From Candidatus Latescibacterota bacterium (GTDB lineage Bacteria > Latescibacterota > UBA2968 > UBA8231): a stretch of DNA of 64,000 nucleotides. Shown one piece after another: positions 30,839 to 41,399 of the stretch. Numbering within the stretch: the stretch's first letter is position 1; every line of letters starts with the position of its first letter. The position numbers were made by a program, and so were the translations under genes. The DNA lies in contig CBDAOB010000005.1 in the NCBI GenBank assembly GCA_965197905.1, positions 1,408,001-1,472,000 of the forward strand. The letters run 5' to 3'. Below the pieces are notes generated by a model, which had not been told where the DNA came from, did not search any database, and was given only the letters and a program-made list of their open reading frames with translations.

Positions 30839-32417
30839 TGCAAGCCTCATCCTCCGCACCAAACGGAGCTGTCCGCTGCGCCATTTACACCCGCAAGTCC
30901 ACCGACGAGGGACTCGACCAGGACTTCAACAGCCTCGACGCCCAGCGGGAATCGGCCGAGGCCTACATTCTCAGTCAGCGACACGAGGGCTGGACCTGCC
31001 TGCCCGACCGCTACGACGACGGCGGCTTCACCGGCGGCAATATGCGGCGGCCCGCGCTCGAGCGCCTGTGCGCGGACATCGAGGCCGGCCGCATCGACTG
31101 CGTGGTGGTCTACAAGGTGGATCGTCTCAGCCGCTCGCTCTTGGACTTCGCCCGCATCATGGAACTCTTCGACCGGCAAAAGGTGAGCTTCGTCTCGGTC
31201 ACGCAGCAGTTCAACACGACCAGCTCGATGGGCCGGCTCACCCTGAACATCCTGCTCTCCTTCGCCCAGTTCGAGCGGGAGATCATCTCCGAGCGCACCA
31301 AGGACAAGATGGCGGCGGCGCGTCGCAAGGGTAAGTGGGTCGGCGGCCAGCCGGTCCTGGGCTATGACGTGGACCCGAAACGCGCCCGGTTGGCCGTCAA
31401 TCCCGACGAGGCGGCCCAGGTGCGGGAAATCTACAACTTGTATCTCGAACACCAGGCCGCGATCCCGGTCGTCCAGGAGATCACGCGCCGGGGATGGCTC
31501 ACCAAACACTGGATCACCAAGAAGGGCCGCGAAACCGGGGGTAAGCCCTTCACCAAGAACGCGCTGTATACCGGCTCCTGACGAATGTCATCTACGCCGG
31601 AAAGGTGCGCTACGAGGGCACGCTCTACGAGGGCGAACACGACGCCATCGTCGACGCCGACGTGTGGCAACGGGTCCAGGAGACGCTCCGCCGCAACGGC
31701 CTCGCGGGCGGAAGCGGGGTACGCAACAAGTACGGTGCGCTGCTCATGGGCCTGCTGTTTTGCGCGCCCTGCGAGTCCGGCATGGCGCACACCCACACCC
31801 GCAAGGGGAGAAGGCGCTACCGCTACTACGTCTGCCGCAACGCCCAACAGCGGGGCTGGTCGTCTTGCCCGAGCAAAGCACTCAACGCCCACGACATCGA
31901 GAACGCCGTGGTGGAACACATCCGCGGCATCGGGCGCAACGAGGAGGTCGTTGCGGCGACCATCGCCAAGGTGCGCGAGCAGAGCGACCGGCGGATGGCG
32001 GAGCTGGAAGTCGAACGGCTCAACCAGGAGCGCGAGCTCAAGCAGCTCTACTCCGATGTCGAGAAACTGGTTCGCGCTGCCGGTTCCGACCGCTCCAACG
32101 GCTTCACGACCGATCAGTTGGCCGATCTGCAGGATCAAATCCGCACCTCGGAGCAGCGGGTCACCGCCATCCGCGAGGAGGTCATCGCGCTGGAGCGGGA
32201 GGCCGTCGGCGAAGGTGAGTTGACCCGGGCCCTGGCGCACTTCGATCCGGTGTGGGAGTCGCTGTCGACACGCGAGCAGTCGCGCATCATCCGGGTGCTG
32301 GTTGAGCGGGTCGGCTACGACGGGCGGGACGGCACGGTGACGGTGGCGTTCCGCTCCCTGGGCATCAAGGCCCTCTGCCAGCAGGCAGCCATCGGCGGTC
32401 AGGAGGCGATCGCGTGA
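30835..32417 (+). pseudogene. Large serine recombinase, frameshifted at ~31568
   Basis: CAIYTRKST catalytic motif, YKVDRLSRS, FAQFERE, recombinase and CxxC zinc-ribbon parts in two frames; removing one TA of TATA (31567-70) restores NALYRLLTNVIYAGK. Confidence 0.85.
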
Positions 32418-32857
32418 GAGGTCGCGCATGCGAGCCACGAGCCGGGCCGAGCCCGTTGGAAGTCTCCTTCACGTTCCAGCCCAAGAACGGCCGGAACAAT
32501 GGTCACCGCCATGTGGATCCGGACCGAACGGTCGAGCCGGGGAATGTGCTGCGTATCTCCAGATTGATGGCCCTGGCGATCCGGTTCGAGGGGCTGATCC
32601 GGCGCGGCGAGGTGCGGGACTATGCGGACTTGGCGCGCCTCGGCTACGTGACCCGGGCGCGGATTACGCAGATCATGAACCTGCTCAACCTCGCGCCCGA
32701 CATTCAAGAAGCGCTGCTGTTTCTGCCGCGCACAATCCAGGGCCGCGATCCGATCCGCGAGAAGGACGTCCGTCCCATTGCCGCCGTCCCGCACTGGAAC
32801 CGCCAGCGCGCGATGTGGGCGACGCTGGTCAGACAGCGCCCACCGTCCCGTCCGTAA
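32414..32857 (+). CDS. Recombinase-associated HTH-like protein
   Basis: LMALAIRFEGLI..GEV.DYADLARLGYVTRARITQIMNLLNLAPDIQE, typical of genes downstream of these recombinases. Confidence 0.65.
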   Translation: MRGRACEPRAGPSPLEVSFTFQPKNGRNNGHRHVDPDRTVEPGNVLRISRLMALAIRFEGLIRRGEVRDYADLARLGYVTRARITQIMNLLNLAPDIQEALLFLPRTIQGRDPIREKDVRPIAAVPHWNRQRAMWATLVRQRPPSRP

Positions 32858-33107
32858 TTTCTCATCATTCGACGCGCTCATTCCCCGTCCATACGCTGTC
32901 GTCCCCTGCGAGCGCCCTTCTGCTTTTCCTTGATTTGTGTATACTTTTCTATTAGCCTGATATATATCAGGTAGTAAGGCTTGGGCCTGATGCGTTGGCG
33001 TTGGCTTGCGCCGGTTGCATACAGCGGCTTGAATCGTCCCCAACAGCGTACATTGATGTGACACGCCAAGCTGGCGCTACGAGAGGTACATTTATGGAAA
33101 GGAACCT

Positions 33108-33570
33108 ATGACTCAACAGAGCACCAAGTGCAAGCTCACTATTGCGGTCTTAGGCGATTGGGGCGACGCACAACTCTGCGATATCGAGAAATTGTTAACA
33201 GACACCGCCTCACATATAAATCGTGTGCTCAGAACTCCTTTCGCCGGAGAGATTCATGTCAAGCCTGCACCACCCGACGATCGAACACCCCCGGGTTCTT
33301 TATCGTTGTTCTCAATGCGAGCCATATGTCATCCAGCTCGACACTCGCGGCACGTATTGGTCTCAATATGCATACCAATTTTCACATGAGTTCTGTCATA
33401 TTCTATCCGGTTATGAGCACCTGAAAGAAAACCCGAACCAGTGGTTTCATGAGACGGTCTGCGAGCTTGCTTCGGTGTTCAGTCTTCGGCGTATGGCAGA
33501 GCGGTGGCCTATTCACCCACCCTACCCCAAGTGGGCTGACTATTCGGACTCGTTGATGTGTTACATTAAC
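33108..33570 (+). pseudogene. N-terminal half of an HExxH (metallopeptidase-like) protein, frameshifted and interrupted
   Basis: YQFSHEFCHIL...NQWFHETVCELAS; extra C in the C-run at ~33290. Confidence 0.65.
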
Positions 33571-33820
33571 GAGTCCGACGTTGAGCAGGCTGCGCTTGCT
33601 GGCTGCAGGGCCTCGGCTGGCGTGTGGCCCAGGGGCCAGATATTGCCTCGGAGCGTGCCGACTACGGGGCGGTGGTGCTGGAGCGGCGGCGGCGGGACGC
33701 CTCCCGCCCGGCTCAACCTGGGAGCTGCCCGCCGAGGCGTTGGAGGACGTCTTCCGCAGGCTGACCAGACCGGAAGGACCGACCCTGCAACCGCGCCTTC
33801 CACCGGATGCTGGTGGAGCG
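33571..33820 (+). pseudogene. Type I restriction HsdR N-terminal fragment (multiply frameshifted)
   Basis: Stitched frames read [74 protein letters not shown]. Confidence 0.7.
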
Positions 33821-33860
33821 CCCGTCACAGATGAACAGGGAAGAAGGGAAAGGAGATGAC

Positions 33861-35120
33861 ATGCTGTCGATCAGATCAAACGTAGCCTGGAAGGTGGGTG
33901 CGGTCTGTGCGCTGTTGATCGGCATGGCCGCGGCGTGCGGCGATGATTCGGTTAGCGGTCCTGAGCCGACCCCGGACGCCGCTATACCGCTGAAGATCGG
34001 TCTGCTGCTGCATTTCAGCGAGGGATCGATCGAGTTGGCCGTCGCTTGGCGGCGGGCCTTCGACCTGGCGATCAAGCACATCAACGGAGGAGGAGGCGTG
34101 TTTGGGCGGCCGGTTGAGGTGCTCGTGGAAGATTCCACCCTCGACCCCGTGGCGGACGTGGCGCGGCGCATGATCGAGGTCGAGGGTGTTCACGTCATCG
34201 TTGGCCCCATCACCAGCGCGGATGCGCTCCTTGTCGCGGAGCAAGTGACCGGCTCTGCGGGCATACCCACTATTAGCCCTTCGGCCACCTCCCCAAGGCT
34301 CACGGAGGCCGCGGATCACGACTTCCTCTTCCGTACCGCTCTATCCGACAACGCCCAGGGGCCCGTCCTCGCACGCGTCACGCGAGAGCGAGGCTTCACC
34401 AACGTCGGCCTAGTCTACCGCGATGATGCCTGGGGGCAGGGCCTGTCCAGGTCTTTTGAAGAGACCTGGACAGGAACGCTCCAGGCCGCCGCAATCGATC
34501 CCGGCCAGACTACTTTCCTCCCCCAGTTGCGGCAGACGGCGGGCGAGGAAGCCCAGGCCCTCGTCGTCATCACCTTCGAGGCGGAAGCTGTGACCCTTAT
34601 CCGGGAGGCGATCGAGAACGGCCTGTACGACCAATTCACGTTCGGCGACGCCCTGAAGAGCCTTGAGTTGGTCAGAGCCATTGGGGGCGAGCACCTCGGA
34701 GGCATGTACGGCACGGCGGGGGCAACTGCCCCGGATAACGCGGCTTCAGCCGCATGGGATAGTGCATACGTCGCGGAATACGGCAAACTACCGGTGTTCG
34801 TCTACGTCAAGGAGGCCTATGACGCCACTGTCGCGCTCACACTCGCGGCCCAGGCCGCCGGCAGCGTCGATGGGGCCGCTATCCGTGACCGGCTGCGCGC
34901 CATCGGCAGTGCGCCGGGCGAGGTCGTGATCGCGGGTCCGGAAGGCATCGCCTCCGCTCTTCGTATTCTCGCAGAGGGCGGGGATGTCGACTACGAAGGC
35001 GCCGCCGTCACGCTGGATTGGGACGAGAACGGCGACCTGAGCCGCGGCCATATCGGCGTCTGGCGTTTCACCGAAGATGAGCAGATCGAAGACCTCGAGG
35101 CGGTCGCGTTCGAGTATTAG
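33861..35120 (+). CDS. ABC transporter substrate-binding lipoprotein (branched-chain amino acid / Liv type)
   Basis: Lipobox AAAC, LKIGLLL, INGGGGVFGRPV, ISPSATSP, FRTALSD, YDATVAL; RBS AGGAG. Confidence 0.88.
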   Translation: MLSIRSNVAWKVGAVCALLIGMAAACGDDSVSGPEPTPDAAIPLKIGLLLHFSEGSIELAVAWRRAFDLAIKHINGGGGVFGRPVEVLVEDSTLDPVADVARRMIEVEGVHVIVGPITSADALLVAEQVTGSAGIPTISPSATSPRLTEAADHDFLFRTALSDNAQGPVLARVTRERGFTNVGLVYRDDAWGQGLSRSFEETWTGTLQAAAIDPGQTTFLPQLRQTAGEEAQALVVITFEAEAVTLIREAIENGLYDQFTFGDALKSLELVRAIGGEHLGGMYGTAGATAPDNAASAAWDSAYVAEYGKLPVFVYVKEAYDATVALTLAAQAAGSVDGAAIRDRLRAIGSAPGEVVIAGPEGIASALRILAEGGDVDYEGAAVTLDWDENGDLSRGHIGVWRFTEDEQIEDLEAVAFEY

Positions 35121-35177
35121 ACCCATGAGGAGCGTCGGCGCGCTCTCCGCGACGCTACACGGCAAGAGGATCGCGTC

Positions 35178-35725
35178 GTGAGCAAGGTCCTCTTTTCAAC
35201 GTATCTGAACCATCTAGCCGACGTGTGGCCCGTCGGGGCGACGCGCGGGAGGAGAGCTTCTACCCGGCGCTGGCGGGTATGCTGAAGGCTGTGGCCTCCG
35301 CCACCGGCAGGACGCACGTCCACGTGACCACCCTGCCCCGGCCCACCGAGGGCGGCAACCCGGATTTCCGCCTCTGGAACGGCAAGGATCGCATCATCGG
35401 CTACCTGGAAGCCAAGAAACCGACGGAAGAGCGGCTGGATGCCGTCGAGGATTCCGAACAACTCAGGCGCTACCGGTCCACGTTCCCGAACCTCATCCTC
35501 ACCAACTTTCTCGAGTTCCGGTTGTACCGGAACGGCAAACGCGAGCGGACGGTCGTGGCCGCCCGGCCCCTGGTGCTTAACACGCTGGGCACGTCGCCGC
35601 CGATTGAAAAGCCGGATGAACTCTACGCCCTGCTCGACCGCTTCCTCGGCTTTGCGCTGCCCCCAACGTTCACCGCCGAATCGCTGGCCATCGAACTGGC
35701 CAAGCGCACGCACCTCCTCCGCGAC
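35178..35725 (+). pseudogene. N-terminal nuclease fragment of a type ISP/IIG restriction-modification enzyme
   Basis: REESFYPAL..GNPDFRLW..IGYLEAKKP..QLRRYR..NLILTNFLEFRLYRNG (PD..ExK); truncated before the methyltransferase domain. Confidence 0.7.
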
Positions 35726-35758
35726 CGGAATGGGAAGTGGGATCAGCCGGGCGTTTCT

Positions 35759-35917
35759 TCATTCGAGCACTCCCCAAAAATCCCTCACCCGTTTGCTGGC
35801 CTCGGCAACCGTCTTGAGTCGTGTTTCCTCGGCTGTCCAAGGCTTTCCAGGGTGAAGGGTATCCCACCAACTTCGCTCCGTTTTCCTCCGCCTGCCGCCT
35901 TGATGGTGTTTCCCGAG
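35759..35917 (-). pseudogene. C-terminal fragment resembling Eco29kI-family (GIY-YIG) endonucleases
   Basis: LGKHHQGGRRRKTERSWWDTLHPGKPW resembles the G.H..G..R....S.WD.LHPG..W motif. Confidence 0.5.
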
Positions 35918-35927
35918 TTACACGCAG

Positions 35928-36230
35928 GTGCGGCTTACGTGTCGAGAGGTCCAGCTGCCTGTGGCCACCACCCTTCCGGATTGGCTATCGTCCCACGAAG
36001 CGGGGTTACGCAAGGATCCGTACCAAAGAGACAAGAACGCATTGGTGGCATACGCTCTTTTGCCAGTCTTCGAGGAATTCCCAGCAGGATGGAACGCCAT
36101 TGGCAGATTTCCGAGTTCTTCGGCAGAACTTGCGTGCTCCCTATCTGACTGGTCTTCGTCTGTTGACCCTGATGACATGCCTTTCGTGGTCCGTCTATCA
36201 GATGAACTTGGCTATTACAATCGCGTCTAA
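35928..36230 (+). pseudogene. Probable C-terminal half of the HExxH protein begun at 33108
   Basis: RLTCREVQLP..LPDWLSSHEAGLRKDPYQRDKNALVAYALLPVFEE.P.GWNAI; same strand and similarly lower GC than the intervening DNA. Confidence 0.55.
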
Positions 36231-36452
36231 CAACAGGTAATTCAGACCCAGTGCCCCGAAATCGGACCTGCACATCAGGTTCGAGGAAACTCCTTCATCA
36301 GCGGTTTGGCTGCACCCGAGAGATGAAAGCACACAACGGCCAGAACTTAACATCGAACAATAAAAGACCTGGGTAGTTTCGATGGTTATGCACCGGTCGC
36401 ATGAGGTTGTGCGCATCGTTGTGCCGAGCACGGAATGGAACGGATGGAAGTT

Positions 36453-36973
36453 ATGGCTCCGAAGCACACGCCCAGAGGTCGACGCCCGCTCCAAGAAATC
36501 AGCGTCCCCCAACGGCGCACCTTGAAAGAAATCCGGCGATTCCTCGACCAGCGCGGGTTCCCCCCCGACAATCCAAGAGCTTGCGGATAGGCTGGGGATC
36601 TCTCACGCCAGCGCGCATGCGCAGGTGAGCCAGCTGGTACGCAAGGGCTACCTGAGGCGGGAACCGCGCAAGGCCCGGGGACTGGCCATCCTTCGCGAGC
36701 CGGAAGACCCCGCCCCGGAGCACGGTGGCCGCGGGGGCGCCGATTCTGGCCCCGGAGAACATCGTCGGCGAGGTGCTGATCGTCGTGGCGCTGCTCGGCG
36801 ACGAGGTGACCGTGAAGCGTCTCTCCATTCGCGACGAGCAGATTGAGTTGAGGCCGGAGAACCGCTGGCACCGGCCGGTCACCGTTGGGCCGGACGACGC
36901 GTTCCGCATTCTGGGGAAGGTGGTGGCAACGAAACGGAAGCCTCCTACCCGGAAAGGGATCGACGGGACATGA
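36453..36973 (+). pseudogene. LexA-like repressor relic with internal deletion
   Basis: GFPPTIQELADRLGIS..LVRKGYLRR..KARGL (wHTH), VAAGAPILA cleavage loop, EVTVKRL..LRPEN..ILGKVV; catalytic Ser (GDSM) segment missing. Confidence 0.75.
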
Positions 36974-36979
36974 CGCAGG

Positions 36980-38017
36980 CCGTGAACTCGGACTCGGCAG
37001 CGTCGCCCTGGTTTCGCTGGCCGAGGCCCGGGAGAAGGCGCTGGCCAATCGCAAGCTGGCTCGCGAGGGCGGTGTGACCCGCTGGCAGAGAAGCGCCGCG
37101 CCCAGGGCACACCCAGCTTCGCTGAAGCCGCCGCGCGCGTGGTGGAACAGCAGCAACCCGGTTGGCGCGATCCGAATTACCCGAAGGTCTGGCTGCGAAA
37201 CCTGGAACGCTACGCCTTCCCGCGGATCGGCAAGATGCCGGTCTCGGAGGTGACCAGCGCCGACGTGCTGGAAATCCTCACGCCCATCTGGCACGTGAAG
37301 ATGCAGACGGCCCGGACCGTGCGCCAGCGCATCCGCGCCGTGCTGGAGTGGGCCATCGCCATGGAGTTCCGCATCGACAACGCGTGCGACCGGATCGTGC
37401 CGGCGCTCGGTCCCCAACGTGACGTTGTGCAGCGCATGCAGGCGTTGCCCCATCGCGACGTGTCGGCGGCCATCGAAACGGTACGAGCGGCGGGGGCAGC
37501 GCCCGTGGCCAAGCTGGCCTTCGAATTCCTGGTGCTGACGGCGGCGCGGTGGAACGAGGTGAGGGGGGCGGTGTGGGCTGAGATCGATCAGACGGACCGC
37601 GTATGGACGGTTCCTGCCACAAGGATGAAGGCCAAACGCGAGCATCGGGTGCCGCTGTGTGGCCGCGCGATGGAGATTCTCGATGCAGCATCGGTGCTTG
37701 ACGACGGAGCCAGTACGTTCGTGTTCACCATCGGGGACGGGCAACCGCTTTTCGAAAAGGAGCTGCGCCGCCTGCTCCACAAGCTGGATATCGCCGCCGT
37801 GCCGCACGGTTTCCGATCTAGCTTTCGGGACTGGGCGGCCGAGAAGACGGATCATCCCCGGGAAGTGATCGAGGCGGCCCTAGCGCACGTGGTCCGGAAC
37901 AAGGTCGAGGCGGCCTACGCCCGTTCGGACTTGTTTGAGCGCCGCCGTATTCTGATGGACGACTGGTCGCGCTACCTAGTCCAAGGGACGGTAAAGGATT
38001 CGGAGCCCGGACAATAA
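36980..38017 (+). pseudogene. P4-type tyrosine integrase, 5'-truncated and frameshifted; catalytic domain intact (37139-38017)
   Basis: ELGLG..VSLAEAREKA arm-binding remnant; TAARWNE, RMKAKREHRVPL, HGFRSSFRDW, LAH..AAY catalytic residues. Confidence 0.85.
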
Positions 38018-38166
38018 CATCGGCTGAAGCCATCCAGCGGGGTGGCCAGATCAGGCGAGCGGTGGCTCGGTGTTGCAGAAGAGATCCCGGTTGTGGCATG
38101 GGTTGCTCGATTGGTCGGAAGCGGTGGACCGTTGTGGCGCGGAGAGAGGTGACAGCGTAAGCCGGA

Positions 38167-39300
38167 ATGGCAACGCCGGTAAGGAGTAAATTCATAATGG
38201 CGAGAAAGAACCGAACAGTAGCGAATCGGCAGAAGTCTCTTCAACCCGTCGCGCCGGAGGCGAACTTCACGCTAGCCGGAGTGCGGATGATGTATGCGGG
38301 GATGGAAGGTAAAGAGTTCCGTTGCTCAATCGGTGGGCATTGTCGAACACAGATTTTTGAATTCCCGCGGATCGATTTTCGTCCGAACGGCGACGAGCCT
38401 CATCACTCCATTTATGACTCTCCGTCGGTTCAAGCGTGTGTTACCTCGAATCTAGTCGGCTACTTCGCTAACGGGACGCGTGGTAGGCATTACGCCATCA
38501 GCCCTTGCTTGCGGCACGTAGTCGGTGAGACCGAAAAGAAGATCAGATCCCAACAAAAGGACCACGTACCGGTGTTTTTGGTGATCGAGGAGCACAGCGA
38601 GTTGACGCCTGTCGAGATGATCAAGGGTGAATGCAGTATATCGGACGAAGTGTTGTTACGAGATGGTGAAAAGAGACCTGTTTTGGTTGGCGGTAGGGAA
38701 AATCAGAAGTTCATAACCGCTTGGGCTACGGTTGACGGAGCGTGGCCGACAATTCCCAGCAATCAACAGCTCGTAAATTTGATACTGGCGGGCGTCCGAG
38801 TCGCCCAGCAGACAGCCAATCCGATACGCAAATACGTGGATCAGAGCTGTCTCGTGACGGACGATGGCCGCTTCGTGGAGATGATGCGACCTACAATGTC
38901 GGGAAGAGGGCAAACAGCAACGGTGATGGATGCCAGGGCGTATAGAAGCAGGGCCGCAGATATTCGGAAAGCCATTGCTGTCATTGAACTGGACATTGAG
39001 ACTCCGCACATGGCACTGCTAATCAACTCAATGTACAGCGATGATCACAAGGACGAGTCCTACCGGCGACTCCATTACCTGCGTTTATGGCAATCGTTGG
39101 CCGAGGCCGGAAAAGCAGGCCTGCGTTACGCGGGAAATGTCAGGGAAGACGACGTTGTTGTGGCTGGACAGAAGACGCTAAGGGAGTTGACTGAATACCG
39201 AGTTGACATTGCGCACTGGTGGACGGATACCATTGACGAGAACTTCTTGGCAGATCTGCAGCGGACAATAAACGAACTGATTCGCCACAGATATTTCTAA
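38167..39300 (+). CDS. Hypothetical protein with C-terminal HEPN-like RxxxxH motif
   Basis: Intact 377-aa ORF; YLRLWQSLAE...YRVDIAHWW. Confidence 0.6.
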   Translation: MATPVRSKFIMARKNRTVANRQKSLQPVAPEANFTLAGVRMMYAGMEGKEFRCSIGGHCRTQIFEFPRIDFRPNGDEPHHSIYDSPSVQACVTSNLVGYFANGTRGRHYAISPCLRHVVGETEKKIRSQQKDHVPVFLVIEEHSELTPVEMIKGECSISDEVLLRDGEKRPVLVGGRENQKFITAWATVDGAWPTIPSNQQLVNLILAGVRVAQQTANPIRKYVDQSCLVTDDGRFVEMMRPTMSGRGQTATVMDARAYRSRAADIRKAIAVIELDIETPHMALLINSMYSDDHKDESYRRLHYLRLWQSLAEAGKAGLRYAGNVREDDVVVAGQKTLRELTEYRVDIAHWWTDTIDENFLADLQRTINELIRHRYF

Positions 39301-39459
39301 GTAATCGGCGCGGTCGCTTCTTTCTTGGGGCGGAGGCTCCCAGCGGATTTGCGGGATTATTGAGTAAGAATAGATTTAGTTATGAATTATATTGAACTAC
39401 AAGAAAACAATTAAGATTGAAGACCGTGGGCCAATTCCACGTGGCTGGGAGATAGCCAG

Positions 39460-39735
39460 GTGTGGATGAGGACGGCCGTAGAGAAGGACCGCCGAAGTGG
39501 ACGCGGGCGGAATGATGTCGAGATCAATCACCACGAGCTCAACGTGGCACACGTATGCGCGGGTCTTGCATTCGAACTAGTGCTAAAGGCATTGGCGAAA
39601 AGTGAAGGTCGACGCCCGACAAGAACGACCGCTCCGGCTCACCGACGACCAGCGCCACCGCCTCACCGTCCTTGGCCATCGCTTGGGCCGTGCTCGGCTG
39701 CGGGAGTTGGCCACTATCGTGACCCCAGACACGGG
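39460..39735 (+). pseudogene. Fused fragments: HEPN-like helix plus an IS/integrase-core transposase N-terminal piece
   Basis: VCAGLAFELVLKAL, then in another frame LRLTDDQRHRLTVLGHRLGRARLRELATIVTPDT. Confidence 0.45.
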
Positions 39736-39902
39736 ATTTCCGTATGTACCCCGTCGGTCCACCACGCTCCGCCCAGTTTCGCGCCAGCTGGGCCGTAGAT
39801 GATCCGGAAATCGTCCGCATCTCGAACAGTGCAGCGACTCATGGACCGTTAGCCGGAACAGAGCATCAGATTGCCACAGCCGACCGAGCGGAAGACGGCA
39901 CT

Positions 39903-40327
39903 CTACTTGCGCCAACTTCCTAACGACAGACTGCGCCATACGCGTCCGAGCCATGAACGAAGAGTCTGACGGCTCGGTGTTGAGCCGAGCAGGCGGGCCC
40001 GCTCGACGTCGGCATACTCCGAATGACGACCTGGATCGATCCTATCCAACCAAATCACGGCGTTGTCCCGTATAGCGTAGTGGCTGCCGCAGCCGGAATT
40101 GGCCCACACGGACCCACGGGTAGGACCGTCCAGGGAGACCGACTTCCCATCGAAGTGAACGTGCCACCGGCTGGGGTGAGGGACAGCACCGTCAGATCCC
40201 CGCAACCGCAGGGACAGCGCAGGTTGACGGTCCGATACTTGTGGCTGATCCAGAGCTCGCCAGCTTTGATTGCGTCGAACTTGGGCAGAACGTCTACCCA
40301 GATGGGACGGAGTTTCACGGGCGCCAC
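39903..40327 (-). pseudogene. DUF6527-like protein, 1-bp frameshift at ~40180
   Basis: GELWIS..CPCGCG..LSL|HPSRW..DGKSVSL...SVW...GCGSHY.IRDNAVIW split over two frames. Confidence 0.75.
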
Positions 40328-40336
40328 TCCTGTGAG

Positions 40337-41323
40337 TCAGTCCGCTCTGACAATGCGCGGCGTCTCGAGTCGGAACCTATGGAGGAACGAAGCGGACTCA
40401 GAAATATACTGCTCCGTGCGGCGCCGCCACTCCATCACGGCAAGTGACGCCGCCAACGCGTTCACTTCGGGCAACTGGACGTTGCGATACCCGGGGACGT
40501 TACCCTCGACTCTAGCATTCGGTATGGCCTCCTTCCACGCCACAGAGCCTGTGGCATAGGCGCTTGTCGTCACGACGCCTCTAACGGCGCGGTCGTCCAG
40601 CGTTATGCTCACGCCCGAATCTATGAACGGAACCGCCGCCTTCGAGAGCGCGCAGTAGACGACATCCTGACGCGGCGAATCGCCGTCGGTCAACTGGTCA
40701 ATACACACGAAGGCATAGTCGATTCGATGAGCCGACAGAAACTCGCCGAACGTGGACGGGCTGTCCACTCGGACAGCGTGGGGGTGGATGCCTTCCCGGA
40801 GGGACGCGTACTTGGAATAGTAGTAGTCCACTTTGCGTAGACGTCCCTTGTGACGCGACTCAATCTCCTCGGCAGCAGGTGCGCCGGGCGCCCGCATGAA
40901 GTTGTGCCAGTTAACGTCGTCGGAATCCAAAAGATAGATTTCCATCACGGGCGTTTTGGCAACAAGGTCCAAGACGTAGGCGCCCGTTCCGCCCAGGCCA
41001 ATGATCGCAATCCGCTGATCGCGGATTCGATCCTGAACCGGGCCTACCGCCGCTCGTGCCTCGAAAGTGTTAGGTATCTTGAACGGACCCCGCTTCGCGA
41101 GAGAAGCAGTTTCGGAGTAGCCGGCCGCCGACACGGCCCCGACGATCTGCTTCGCATAGCGATGGATCAAGTCGCTCGCCGACTCGTCCTCTTCCGGGCT
41201 GTCTTGGCTACCTTTCCGGATGGAGATGTTCGACCAAGTTTTTCCGTCGCCGGTGATGTGCTTGTTCTCCGCCTCGTGCAGCTCGTTCCAGATCAACTGC
41301 GGTTCGCTCATCGTAACGGACAT
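40337..41323 (-). CDS. ThiF/E1-like adenylyltransferase (DUF6791-ThiF type, N-terminus shortened)
   Basis: IAIIGLGGTGAYVLD, DSDDVNWHNFMRAPGA, FVCID, FIDSG, YRNVQLPEVNALAASLAV. Confidence 0.8.
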   Translation of the reverse strand: MSVTMSEPQLIWNELHEAENKHITGDGKTWSNISIRKGSQDSPEEDESASDLIHRYAKQIVGAVSAAGYSETASLAKRGPFKIPNTFEARAAVGPVQDRIRDQRIAIIGLGGTGAYVLDLVAKTPVMEIYLLDSDDVNWHNFMRAPGAPAAEEIESRHKGRLRKVDYYYSKYASLREGIHPHAVRVDSPSTFGEFLSAHRIDYAFVCIDQLTDGDSPRQDVVYCALSKAAVPFIDSGVSITLDDRAVRGVVTTSAYATGSVAWKEAIPNARVEGNVPGYRNVQLPEVNALAASLAVMEWRRRTEQYISESASFLHRFRLETPRIVRAD

Positions 41324-41399
41324 GACCTTGATACAGCGCTGACGAGACCACGCAAGGCGACGCGAGGCTCACGCGCTTCTTGCGGCAGCTGGCCGGGTA

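Noticed and set aside
36224..36260. Integron attC site (GTCTAAC containing the stop codon)
   Set aside because: Only the inverse core is present; no matching GTTRRRY arm or integron integrase; at most a hint of cassette ancestry.
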